Of a stretch of 64,000 nucleotides of DNA, positions 27,851 through 37,587 are shown in pieces. Source of the stretch: Candidatus Poribacteria bacterium (GTDB taxonomy: Bacteria; Poribacteria; WGA-4E; WGA-3G); NCBI GenBank assembly GCA_965242965.1, contig OZ251518.1, forward strand, positions 4,832,001 to 4,896,000, written 5' to 3'. The position numbers and the translations under genes were made by a program. Below the pieces are notes generated by a model, which worked only from the letters and a program-made list of their open reading frames with translations, had not been told where the DNA came from and searched no databases. Within the stretch, counting starts at the first letter, position 1; every line of letters starts with the position of its first letter.

Positions 27851-30322
27851 ATGATAGCAGTTTCACGGCAGGGTAACCTCGCCGTTATCAATCACGAGAA
27901 GTTTCAGATTCATTTCAACCTTGCCAGAGGCACATGGGATTACATCGATGAAACCGGGCAGACGATTATCAAGAATGGGCGGACCCAGATAACGCTCCAA
28001 GATGGGAGCACGGTATCAACAGAAGACGCTGGCACTCGCAAATTTATCTCCGAACCCATGCGTTTGCACAGTGAGTCTTTAGAGCCTTCCTCAAACGGTT
28101 CCGCCGAAACAACCGAGAACGTTGCCTCGCGGCAGCGCGCTACCGAAACGCGCCAATACGAAGTCCTGTTTTCTCACGAACCTACTGAAAAGGGGATTCG
28201 GCTCAACACCTATCTCTACTGCTTCCCCGATGAATCGCACATCGTGCTGAAGGTAGGCATCGAAAATCTCGGCCGCGCGCCCGTTGCACTTGACAGCGTC
28301 ACGCTGCTCGGCATTTCTACTAACCGCGGCGCGGTGCAGCTCGGGGGGCAGCCGTCCGGGTATCATCTTTTCATCAACACGCCGCCTACATTCGGCGGCG
28401 GCGGTATCCAACGCCTCTATGATGGGTTTCAACGCGATGAAAACCGTGCGAATCCGCCGTGTCAGTGCGGCATCCTTCACGATACCGACAGTCGACGGGC
28501 CCTCGTGTTCGGCTTCCTGACAACAGAGAAGTGGTGGCCCCAAGTCCAAGTCGGACATCAGGTGATAGGTAAGGAGTCACCCGGCATCAACCGTTGGAGC
28601 CTCTATCACCAATGCGAACGGCACCGGTGCAAGAAGGGGGAAGAGGTGACTTCGGAGTCTGTCTATCTCAATTTCGTTGATGGAGCCGAAGCGGCGTATC
28701 GCCACTATACCGAGTTAGTAGCAGCGCAAAACGGCGCGCAAACCACGAAGCAGCTTGTAAGTGGATGGAATCTCCTTGATTCGGAAGCGGCGGAGCCCGA
28801 AGTGGAGGCGGCGAACACCTACTTGGAACAGACTGCTCTGCTCGCTGAAAGCCCGCTCTTTCGTCCGCAGTATCCCGGCGGTATCACCTATCTTCAAGTT
28901 GACGCGACGCATGAAGATGTTGAGACAGACGTTGAAGAAATGGTGAGTCACATTCGCGCCAGAGGGTTCAAAGCGGCCATCCGCATAAATCCCTTCAGTG
29001 TCGCGCGCGATTCTGCGTTACTACGGAAGCACCCCGATAGCTGCTTACAAAAGCGAAAGACAAGTTCTCGCGATAAGGAACGGGAGGATGTCGTGTTGTT
29101 AGACGTTTCGCATCCCAAGGCGCAAGCACACATTCACCAGCAGTTCCAACAGTTGATTGCGGAATGGGGATGCGAGTTAATTCAGGCAGATTTTTCCGCG
29201 TATACTACGCTGCTGACTTCGCCACACAATATGACGTGGCACGATAAGTCACTGACTTCTGTGCAGCTCTATCGGCTAGCTGTCCAAGTGGTTAAAAATG
29301 CTGTCGCCGAGGCGGCTGCGGCGCGACAGACAGAAGTGCAGACAGAAGGACAGACAGAAGTGTTGCTGGCGGGGCACAATCTGATTGCTGCGCCTTGTAT
29401 CGGCAGTTTCGTCATGAATTCTCCGGTGGCTTCCGGAGGGCATCATGGGACTGACACGGTAAATTGGCATCATCAGAACGGCACAAAGCACCGCGTGAGT
29501 CAAACCGCGCTGCATCACAGTGAGCATAACACGTTGTGGAACCACGTTTTCGGCGAACTGAAGGTTGACGAACCGCGGCCTATCAACGAGGCAATCGTTG
29601 AGATAACCGCCGCCGCTTTCGCAGGGAGTGCCGTTTTCTGTGCAGATTCTCTCCTGACGCTCAAACCGAACCGGGCAGCACTCTTGGCGAAACTCTTCCC
29701 ACTTATTGGCACCGCCGCGAAACCTGTCGCGCTCTACGACGAACCTTTCCCCCGAATTTGGAGTCTTTCTGTATCGCGCAATCCCTCTGTTCAGGGAGAA
29801 CTGGACAAGGCTGCCGCTGAAAAGTGGTATCTGGTTGCTGTTTTTAATTGGCGGGACCACGAGGACGATGCCGATTTTGAATTAAACGCGCTGGGGATAC
29901 CGGCATCTCAAAAGGACTACCTCGTCCACGATTTTTGGATGCGTCAGTACCTCGGCACCGTATCCGAAAGCGTCACCTTGCTGAACATACCCTCGCGTTC
30001 GGTGAAACTGCTCTGCTTACGGGAAGAACAGGACGTGCCGCAGTTGCTGTCCACGGACATACACTGGACGCAAGGAAGCGTTGAGATTCTATCCGCGGGA
30101 TGGGACAGCAAAAGCGAGAGTTATCTGCTGGTGTGCAAACCACCCCGGCAAGCGAAAGGCACGTGCTTCATTCATGTGCCTGAGGATTACCTGCCGATAG
30201 GCATGTCCGCTTACGGAAGTGAGTATCACTATCAGTGGGAGGCACCTATCTGCCAGGTCACGTTTGGGCCGACGGAGCAGTTAATTCACGCGAATGTCCG
30301 GTTTGCGAGGACTTCAGGATGA
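27851..30322 (+). CDS. Alpha-galactosidase-like (GH36/GH27 clan D) protein, divergent
   Basis: 'SGWN', 'LQVD', 'GFKAAIRINPF', 'LDVSHP.A', 'G.ELIQADF', 'AVFNW', 'HDFW...YLG'; start at MIAVSR. Confidence 0.7.
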   Translation: MIAVSRQGNLAVINHEKFQIHFNLARGTWDYIDETGQTIIKNGRTQITLQDGSTVSTEDAGTRKFISEPMRLHSESLEPSSNGSAETTENVASRQRATETRQYEVLFSHEPTEKGIRLNTYLYCFPDESHIVLKVGIENLGRAPVALDSVTLLGISTNRGAVQLGGQPSGYHLFINTPPTFGGGGIQRLYDGFQRDENRANPPCQCGILHDTDSRRALVFGFLTTEKWWPQVQVGHQVIGKESPGINRWSLYHQCERHRCKKGEEVTSESVYLNFVDGAEAAYRHYTELVAAQNGAQTTKQLVSGWNLLDSEAAEPEVEAANTYLEQTALLAESPLFRPQYPGGITYLQVDATHEDVETDVEEMVSHIRARGFKAAIRINPFSVARDSALLRKHPDSCLQKRKTSSRDKEREDVVLLDVSHPKAQAHIHQQFQQLIAEWGCELIQADFSAYTTLLTSPHNMTWHDKSLTSVQLYRLAVQVVKNAVAEAAAARQTEVQTEGQTEVLLAGHNLIAAPCIGSFVMNSPVASGGHHGTDTVNWHHQNGTKHRVSQTALHHSEHNTLWNHVFGELKVDEPRPINEAIVEITAAAFAGSAVFCADSLLTLKPNRAALLAKLFPLIGTAAKPVALYDEPFPRIWSLSVSRNPSVQGELDKAAAEKWYLVAVFNWRDHEDDADFELNALGIPASQKDYLVHDFWMRQYLGTVSESVTLLNIPSRSVKLLCLREEQDVPQLLSTDIHWTQGSVEILSAGWDSKSESYLLVCKPPRQAKGTCFIHVPEDYLPIGMSAYGSEYHYQWEAPICQVTFGPTEQLIHANVRFARTSG

Positions 30323-30981
30323 GCACGATTCACCTGCAAATGGAGACTCTCAAAACACGCGCGAGCGTCTGCACGGATTGCAGTTTATCGGAAACCCGTG
30401 CGAATGTCGTCTTCGGGAGCGGCGATGCCGAAGCAAAACTCGCCATCGTCGCTGAAGGCCCCTCCGCCGCCGATAACCAGACGACGTTTCCGTTTTCGGG
30501 GCCCGCCGGCGAATTGCTTGATGAAGTGCTCGCTGCGAACGGTTTGACGCGCGGGAATATCTGGCTGACGAACATCATCAAATGCCGCGCAGCAGGCATG
30601 AGAGAAGGCGTGCTGAAAAACCGCCCGCCGAAATCAGCAGAAATCAAGGCGTGTGCCAAATGGCTTGATGCCGAAATGCGTCTCGTTCAACCTGCCGTAA
30701 TTTTATGCATGGGCAGTCCCGCCGCTAAGACGCTCATTCATCGGCAATTCCGCATCACGACGGAGCGCGGTATCTGGTTTAAGGATACGCAATACGCGCC
30801 GTTCGCGATGGCGACGTTTAACCCGGCTTACGTCCTCCGCCAAGAAGGTGAGACTTTCACTGCCACGCGGCAAATTTTGATTGACGACATTGCCGAAGCA
30901 CTGCGACGTTGCAATATGACTTCGCGATCGACGCGCGAGGTTCGCGAGATGGATGAACCGCCGCAGTTAACACTTTTCTAA
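30319..30981 (+). CDS. Uracil-DNA glycosylase family 4 (Fe-S)
   Basis: CxxCxL..TR..VVFGSG, AEGP, PF.G.AG.LL, TNIIKCR, NRPP..E...C; ATGA overlap with the upstream stop. Confidence 0.92.
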   Translation: MSTIHLQMETLKTRASVCTDCSLSETRANVVFGSGDAEAKLAIVAEGPSAADNQTTFPFSGPAGELLDEVLAANGLTRGNIWLTNIIKCRAAGMREGVLKNRPPKSAEIKACAKWLDAEMRLVQPAVILCMGSPAAKTLIHRQFRITTERGIWFKDTQYAPFAMATFNPAYVLRQEGETFTATRQILIDDIAEALRRCNMTSRSTREVREMDEPPQLTLF

Positions 30982-30993
30982 TTTAATTGAATC

Positions 30994-33900
30994 ATGGAGT
31001 CTTCGCCAACCTCGAACGCCTTGCGAATGACAAAAACACTCCAAAATCTCCTCAACCGCTACGTGCAGGACATTGAGGCGACAAGAACGAGCCCGATGGC
31101 AACGGCGGAACTTTCCTTGCACGCGCCGTTGAAAACGTTCCTTGACGCAACAACGGTAGCACTGGACAGGCAGCACATCGCCTTCACGCATGAACCGCGA
31201 GCCGCCCATGCCATCGGACGGCCCGATTTCGTCGCGCGGGAAGGGCTGTTCCCTGTCGGCTATATTGAGGCGGAGGCATACGGCACCGACTTAGACGCGC
31301 TCACCGGGCACGCCAAAACCCAGAATCAGCGGTTCATTGACAACCTTGACAACTTCGTCCTCACCAATTTCGTTGAATTTCGGTTGTATACCGATGGTGC
31401 TTTGCGCGCAACCGCCTTTTCTTCCGAAGCAGAGGCACTCGGAAGTTTGCTGGAACGGTTCCTGAGCGCGCAGCCGATACCGCTCACAACGCCGGAGGCA
31501 CTCGCGCAATACCTCGCGCGCCGCACACGGGAACTTCAGACACAAATTATGACAGTGCTTCGCGATGCGCAGAACGATATCTCGCAGATGTTCTCCGCGT
31601 TTCAAAAACTGCTGCTCTCAACGTTGACACCGGAAGATTTTGCTGACATGTATGCACAGACACTAGCGTATGGCCTCTTCGCGGCGCGATGCACGCTGCC
31701 GAATGCGATGAACTTCTCGCGAAGCACCGCTGCCGACGCGCTGCCGCGTTCTAACCCCTTCCTCCGAAACCTCTTTTATCAGGTAGCATCGCCCAACTTG
31801 GATAGCAATCTCACGTGGATTTTGGACGACATCATCAACCTGCTGCGCAATGTCTCCTCTGAAATGCTTCACACGGTTTTCGATGTGGAAGTGGAAACGG
31901 ACAAGGCGCGCGAGGCACAGGCACTTGCACCCCATCCCCAGGCACAATTTACGAAAGACGCGGTTATCCATTTCTACGAGACATTTCTCGCCGAATATGA
32001 TGCGCAACGCCGAGTGGACAGGGGTGTCTATTACACACCGCCGCAAGCCATTGCCTACATCGTCCGTTCTGTCGATGCACTGCTCAAAACGAAACTGCAT
32101 AAACCGGACGGCCTCGCCGATGACGAGGCACTCATCCTCGACCCGGGTACTGGCACCGGCGGCTTCCTTTTGGCGGTGCTGAGCCACATCCGGCAACACG
32201 TCACCGAGACTTATGGCAGCGGTATCTGGCAGCAGTATGTGCAGGGAAACCTTGTCCAACGGCTCGCGGGATTTGAAATTTTAGTCGCACCCTATACCAT
32301 CGCGCACCTCAAGTTGAGTCTCTTTCTGCAGGCGAACGGGTGGATACAGCAAGAAAGCGACAGGCTCAGCATCTATCTTACTAACACGTTGGAGGAACCG
32401 GTTGAGAAAGAGCGGTTCGCGTTCACGGGCTTCATCTCGGATGAGGCGAACGCCGCGGTTTGGATGAAGAGGGATGCACCCGTGCTGGCTGTCATCGGGA
32501 ATCCGCCTTATCCCCGAAATTCGGCAACGCCAAGCCGCGATGAGAAAGGGAATCTTACCTTCATCGGAAGGCTCATGGAGGACTACAAACGGATAGATGG
32601 AAAACCGATGGGACGCGAGAATTTCCAACCGCTTCAAGCGGACTATGTGAAGTTCATTCGGTGGGGACAATGGCGGATTGACACGAGCGGCTTAGGCATT
32701 GTCGGCTACATCGTAAATAATAGTTTCCTGGAAGGAACTATTTTCCGGGGCATGCGGCAGAGTTTGCTCAATAGTTTCAGTGAGATTTACCTGCTCAACC
32801 TGCACGGCAGCACCCGAAAGGCAGAGGCAGTGCCGGATGGGAAAAAAGATGAAAACGTCTTTGACATCCAACAAGGCATCGCTATTCTGTTATGCGTCAA
32901 AAAACCGGATAACGTTGATGAAACTACCCTCCACTATGCCGATTTATGGGGCACCCGCGAGGAAAAATACCGAATTCTATCGGAGAGCGATGTCCAAAAC
33001 ACCGCATGGCGCGAACTCCGGCCGACATCACCCCTCTACCTTTTCGCGCCGCAAGAGACAGAACGCCGCGAGGAATATGAACACGGATGGGCACTCACCG
33101 ACATCTTCCAAGTGAAGTCAACCGGCATTTGCACGGGCCGCGATAAGGTGACGCTCCACCGCACCGAGGCAGCACTCCGTGCCACAGTGAACGATTTTGT
33201 CAACCTCTCTGACACCGAAGTGAGGGAGAAATACCGATTGTCACGCGATACGAGTGACTGGGCAATCGCGGCTGCTCAGGCTGATCTACGCGCGCATCCA
33301 GATATGGAGCAACACATCACCCGCATGCGCTACCGGCCGTTTGATATCCGTTATACCTACTACACCGGAAAGTCCCGCGGCTTCCATTCCAGCCCGCGCC
33401 GAGCGATAATGCGGCACCTCCGTGACGGCGACAACATCGCGTTGTCTACCACGCGCATTATCACGAGCCCCGCATGGCAGCACGTATTAGTAACCGATTG
33501 TGTGACTGAAAACTGTCATATTTCAAATAGGGCAAGCGAATCGGGACATGTCTTCCCGCTGTATCTCTACCCAGTTCCGACGGAGTTGGAATTATCAACG
33601 GAACGTTCCCTGAATTTCAAACCCGCTTTTCTCAAGGCACTTTCCGAGAAACTGGGACTTTCGCAGACAGAGTCGTTTGGGCTGCCAGCTGGGGTTTCCC
33701 CGGAGGACATCCTCGGTTATCTCTACGCCGTTTTGCATAGTCCTGCTTATCGCACACGCTATTACGCTTTTCTGAAATACGACTTTCCGCGCGTCCCGTT
33801 AACGGACGATGTCCATCTATTCCGAAAACTGGCAGGGCTTGGGCGTGCCTTAATCGACATGCACCTCGGAAGAAATCTGCCAACGACACCGAAGCATCGT

Positions 33901-34167
33901 TTTGAAGGGGAGGGGGATGCGGTTGTCGCAAAGTATGGCTACCGCAACGGTAAGATTTGGGTGAACCAGAACCAGCATTTCACCCATGTGCCAGCAGCCG
34001 TTTGGGAATTTGAAATCGGTGCCTATCCGGTGTGTGAAAAGTGGCTGAAAGAGCGGCGAGGTTCGGCGTTGAGTCACACGGAGATTCAGGAGTATCAACG
34101 CATTTTGGCTGCAGTGGCGGAAACGCTTCGGTTTGTTGAAGAAATTGAGGCACTGCCTGTCGTCTAG
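30994..34167 (+). CDS. Single-chain restriction-modification enzyme: N6-adenine MTase with type ISP-like C-terminal specificity domain, no helicase
   Basis: GVYYTP, LDPGTGTGGF, GNPPY, 'YRPFD', 'DFPRVP', 'W.FEIG.Y.V..KWLK.R'; N-terminal PD...IEAE nuclease-like motif. Confidence 0.9.
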   Translation: MESSPTSNALRMTKTLQNLLNRYVQDIEATRTSPMATAELSLHAPLKTFLDATTVALDRQHIAFTHEPRAAHAIGRPDFVAREGLFPVGYIEAEAYGTDLDALTGHAKTQNQRFIDNLDNFVLTNFVEFRLYTDGALRATAFSSEAEALGSLLERFLSAQPIPLTTPEALAQYLARRTRELQTQIMTVLRDAQNDISQMFSAFQKLLLSTLTPEDFADMYAQTLAYGLFAARCTLPNAMNFSRSTAADALPRSNPFLRNLFYQVASPNLDSNLTWILDDIINLLRNVSSEMLHTVFDVEVETDKAREAQALAPHPQAQFTKDAVIHFYETFLAEYDAQRRVDRGVYYTPPQAIAYIVRSVDALLKTKLHKPDGLADDEALILDPGTGTGGFLLAVLSHIRQHVTETYGSGIWQQYVQGNLVQRLAGFEILVAPYTIAHLKLSLFLQANGWIQQESDRLSIYLTNTLEEPVEKERFAFTGFISDEANAAVWMKRDAPVLAVIGNPPYPRNSATPSRDEKGNLTFIGRLMEDYKRIDGKPMGRENFQPLQADYVKFIRWGQWRIDTSGLGIVGYIVNNSFLEGTIFRGMRQSLLNSFSEIYLLNLHGSTRKAEAVPDGKKDENVFDIQQGIAILLCVKKPDNVDETTLHYADLWGTREEKYRILSESDVQNTAWRELRPTSPLYLFAPQETERREEYEHGWALTDIFQVKSTGICTGRDKVTLHRTEAALRATVNDFVNLSDTEVREKYRLSRDTSDWAIAAAQADLRAHPDMEQHITRMRYRPFDIRYTYYTGKSRGFHSSPRRAIMRHLRDGDNIALSTTRIITSPAWQHVLVTDCVTENCHISNRASESGHVFPLYLYPVPTELELSTERSLNFKPAFLKALSEKLGLSQTESFGLPAGVSPEDILGYLYAVLHSPAYRTRYYAFLKYDFPRVPLTDDVHLFRKLAGLGRALIDMHLGRNLPTTPKHRFEGEGDAVVAKYGYRNGKIWVNQNQHFTHVPAAVWEFEIGAYPVCEKWLKERRGSALSHTEIQEYQRILAAVAETLRFVEEIEALPVV

Positions 34168-34248
34168 TCTAGCGCGAAGCACTGCCTCTCGCAAGCCTTC
34201 AACGAAGGATAGTGCTTGACAAACTTCGCGAAATCTTGTATTTTTAAT

Positions 34249-34898
34249 GAGAGTGTTTCATAAATCCATTATTTTTAATGAGGGTGTTTCATAAATCCAT
34301 GTAGGAGAGACCTCCCGGTCTCGATGCAATAGGACGGTGCCTACCGGGACCGCTGCGGCAGAAAGCCCCCTTTCATCGTAGGGCGAGGGCCTGTCCCTCG
34401 CCAACGTCGGCGCACTCCAACGATCGCGGGGGACAGGCCCCCGCACTACGGGAAAAAAAACGGCACTTCATCGTAGGGCGGTTGCCTGTCCCTCGCCAAC
34501 GTCGGCGCACTCCAACGCGCGCGGGGGACAGGCCCCCGCGCTACGGGAAAAAAACGGTACTTCACCGTAGGGCGAGGGCCTGTCCCTCGCCAACGTTCGC
34601 GCTACGGAAAAAACGTTTCTTGTTCTCTTAGGTCTTAGGGCCTAAAACGTCCCCTCTTGCCGATGGACAACGCGGGGGACAGGCCCCCGCGCTACGGGAA
34701 AATCAAGACCAGGAGGGCGCGCCTACGGTATTGCATCGAGACCGGGAGGTCTCGCCTACGGGGACATCGCGCGCATCGAGACCGGGACGGCGCACCGACA
34801 GGAAGAATCGAGACCGGGAGGTCTCGCCTACCAAGAGGGCTCGGTAGTCGCCAGTCCCAAGGGGAATAAATACCGAAACGGATTCAGGAAACACTCTC
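34249..34898. mobile_element. MITE-like shell with REP cargo
   Basis: Left GAGAGTGTTTCATAA duplicated as a 31-bp tandem; right AAATACCGAAACGGATTCAGGAAACACTCTC. Confidence 0.55.
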
Positions 34899-34933
34899 AA
34901 TTAAAGAAATCCAATACTATAAATCGGAGAAAA

Positions 34934-35917
34934 ATGTCATCTCAAAAACAGACCGCGGTTGACGCAGTCTTAAAAGCCGCAAAACTATGCCAAAAGGTGC
35001 AGGCAGATATGGTGCCAACAGATGCCATCCAAAAAACCGACCGGAGTCCTGTCACCGTAGCGGACTTCGGTTCGCAAGCACTCATCTGTAAGGCCATCGG
35101 TGATGCGTTACCAGAAGCCGTTATCGTGGCGGAAGAGGATGCGGAATCGCTCAAGACAAACCCGCCGCTTTTGGAACGCGTCGTCGCTTACGTTAATAAT
35201 TTTGACGCAGATGCCTCGACTGAAAACGTCTGCGCGTGGATTGATAGAGGAACAGGCGAGGTTGGAAACACTTTTTGGACGCTCGATCCGATTGATGGCA
35301 CCAAAGGCTTCCTCCGCCGGGACCAGTACGCGATTGCGTTGGCGCAGGTTATCAATGGCGAAGTAACGCTTGGCGTTCTGGCGTGCCCAAATCTGCCGCA
35401 TCGGTTGAATGACACCGTAGTTCCTAGCGATGTCTCAAATGCGCGCGGGTGTCTCTTTGTCGCCGTCCGGGGAGAAGGAACAGCGATGTATTCGCTTACC
35501 GGCACCTTTTTAGGACAGGCGCGCGTTTCGGCGGATGCACACTGCATGGCAGAGAGTTTTGAATCTTCACACGGTGACAGCGAGGCGCATGCGAAAATAG
35601 CAAACCAACTCGGCATCACCGCGCCGCCGGTGCAGATGGACAGCCAAGCGAAATACGGTATCCTTGCCCGCGGCGAAGCGTCTGTCTATCTCCGTCTCCC
35701 GAATCCAGCGTCGCCAGATTACCGCGAATGCATTTGGGACCACGCCGCGGGGCTCATCGTCGTTGAAGAAGCCGGCGGCACGGTGACAGACGCAAACGGC
35801 GCGCCGCTGAATTTTCTCACCGGCAGACGAATGGTTGACAATCGCGGCATCGTCGCGACAAACGGGAAACTGCATCAACGAGTTTTAGATGCCGTTCCAC
35901 GAGTGTCCAAAACGTAG
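34934..35917 (+). CDS. 3'(2'),5'-bisphosphate nucleotidase, HAL2/SAL1-like (inositol monophosphatase family)
   Basis: K.D.SPVTVADFGSQA, AEED, W.LDPIDGTKGFLR, DSQAKY, IWDHAAG, EAGG.VTD. Confidence 0.93.
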   Translation: MSSQKQTAVDAVLKAAKLCQKVQADMVPTDAIQKTDRSPVTVADFGSQALICKAIGDALPEAVIVAEEDAESLKTNPPLLERVVAYVNNFDADASTENVCAWIDRGTGEVGNTFWTLDPIDGTKGFLRRDQYAIALAQVINGEVTLGVLACPNLPHRLNDTVVPSDVSNARGCLFVAVRGEGTAMYSLTGTFLGQARVSADAHCMAESFESSHGDSEAHAKIANQLGITAPPVQMDSQAKYGILARGEASVYLRLPNPASPDYRECIWDHAAGLIVVEEAGGTVTDANGAPLNFLTGRRMVDNRGIVATNGKLHQRVLDAVPRVSKT

Positions 35918-36226
35918 CGCGGGGCTTGTTCCCCGTAATTGTTCAACCTGCGACTCGCGCGTAGCGCGGGGGCCTGTCCCCCGCGAGTGTTCGACCTGCG
36001 ACGCGCCCGTAGCGCGGGGGCCTGTCCCCCGCGAGTGTTCAACCCGCGACCAGCCCGTAGCGCGGGGGCCTGTCCCCCGCGAGTGTTCAACCTGCGATTC
36101 GCCCGTAGCGCGGGGGCCTGTCCCCCGCGAGTGTTAAAACCGCAACTCGCCCGTAGCACGGGGATCTGTCCCCCGCGAGTGTTCAACCCGCGACCAGCCC
36201 GTAGCGCGGGGGCCTGTCCCCCGCGA
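35914..36226 (+). repeat. Seven-copy tandem array, 48-bp period, one REP per unit
   Basis: GTAG at 35914, 35961, 36009, 36057, 36105, 36153, 36201. Confidence 0.92.
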
Positions 36227-36253
36227 TGGTTCACTTATCATACAGGAGAATTT

Positions 36254-37219
36254 ATGAAAGCTGGGCAAATTGTGGCACCACGTCACATCGAGATTATTGA
36301 CATCGAAAAACCGAACTTAGCCGATTATCCTGATGGCACGGTGATGATTCAGACGCAACATAGTGCTATCTGCGGCAGTGATATGCCGTGGTTTGAACTG
36401 GAGCACCCCTCGGAAAACTACCCGCTTCAGCCGGGGCTTTCCATTCACGAGGCAATCGGCGTTGTCACCGATAGCCGCTCGGAGAAGTTCAAGGCAGGCG
36501 ACGAGGTGCTCGCGCTCCCGCGCCACATCGGCGGGCTATCCGAATACTTCCTATCGCACGAAAGCGTCACGATGCCACTGGTAGACTTTGAACGGAAAGA
36601 CTGCATCCTGATGGCGCAACCGCTTGGAACAGTCGTGTGGGCATGCCGGAAGTTGGGCAATCTGCTTAATCTGGATACCGTAGTCATAGGACAAGGCCCG
36701 ATGGGGCTCCTTTTTACGCACATGCTGAGCAACCTCGGCGCGCGAACAGTGATTACCACGGATCTGGTTGATTTCCGGCTTGAGGTATCCAAACAGATGC
36801 GTGCTACGCACACGATTAACGCCGCCACTGAAAACCCGCGCGCGGCCGTTGAGGAACTCACCGAGGGGAGAATGGCAGACCTGGTTATTGAGGTAGTCGG
36901 GCATCAGACAGAAACTATCAACCTGTGCCTGCAACTCCTAAAAAGAGATGGCACGCTCCTCGCGTTCGGGGTGCCAGATGACGAGATTTACGATTTCCAT
37001 TTCGCCGAATTCTTCCGGAAAAATATCCGATTTATCGGTTCGGTCGGACCCGAGGCACTGAATGATTTCCCGTTAGCGATGGATATGATTGCGCAGGGCC
37101 GCTTTGATGTCTCACCGATGATTACGCACCATCTGCCGTTTACCGAGGCGCATCGCGGGTTCGAGATGTCCCTAAACAAAAAGGACGAGGCGATTAAAAT
37201 CGTCTTTGATTATGAATGA
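36254..37219 (+). CDS. Zinc-binding (MDR) dehydrogenase
   Basis: ICGSD, HE..G, G.GPMGL; start at MKAGQI with AGGAG RBS. The ORF-track extension is the repeat array. Confidence 0.9.
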   Translation: MKAGQIVAPRHIEIIDIEKPNLADYPDGTVMIQTQHSAICGSDMPWFELEHPSENYPLQPGLSIHEAIGVVTDSRSEKFKAGDEVLALPRHIGGLSEYFLSHESVTMPLVDFERKDCILMAQPLGTVVWACRKLGNLLNLDTVVIGQGPMGLLFTHMLSNLGARTVITTDLVDFRLEVSKQMRATHTINAATENPRAAVEELTEGRMADLVIEVVGHQTETINLCLQLLKRDGTLLAFGVPDDEIYDFHFAEFFRKNIRFIGSVGPEALNDFPLAMDMIAQGRFDVSPMITHHLPFTEAHRGFEMSLNKKDEAIKIVFDYE

Positions 37220-37412
37220 ATTGATAAAAGCGCAGTAAGACTTGACAGCGTAAGGCGGGGGCATTTCCTCCGTTTTCACAAACATCAGGACGAACGTAGG
37301 GCGGGGGCCTGTCCCCCGCCATGCTTGGAAGTCACCACAATAACAATACCAGAACCGTAAGACTTGACAACGTCAAGTCGGCCTGGCTTTGCAAGGTGAC
37401 AGTCGATTAACT

Positions 37413-37578
37413 GAGGGTATTTCATAAATCGCTATCACTCCTGTAGTTCAGGAGCACCTGCTCCTGAACCGTTCGAGATCAGGCGATCTCGAACTACAGA
37501 GGTGGGGCCGATGCCTGCCGGTATTCGCCCGCCCTCCAAGGCGGGATAAATACCGAAACGGAATTATGAAACACCCTC
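37413..37578. mobile_element. Minimal MITE-like shell (166 bp) with one inverted REP pair
   Basis: GAGGGTATTTCATAA ... AAATACCGAAACGGAATTATGAAACACCCTC (14/15 inverted match). Confidence 0.65.
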
Positions 37579-37587
37579 GATTAAATG

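Noticed and set aside
35914-36226. CRISPR array (also considered for 23864-24140, 44301-44650, 46305-46530 and 50272-50475)
   Set aside because: The spacers are short and homologous to each other, the repeat is the dispersed REP found in both orientations throughout the window, and no cas gene is present.
35939-36253. N-terminal repeat extension of the dehydrogenase (similar extensions at 43401-43478, 44280-44360 and 50417-50503)
   Set aside because: A good RBS and family-typical start lie downstream; the extensions are open only because the repeats lack stops.
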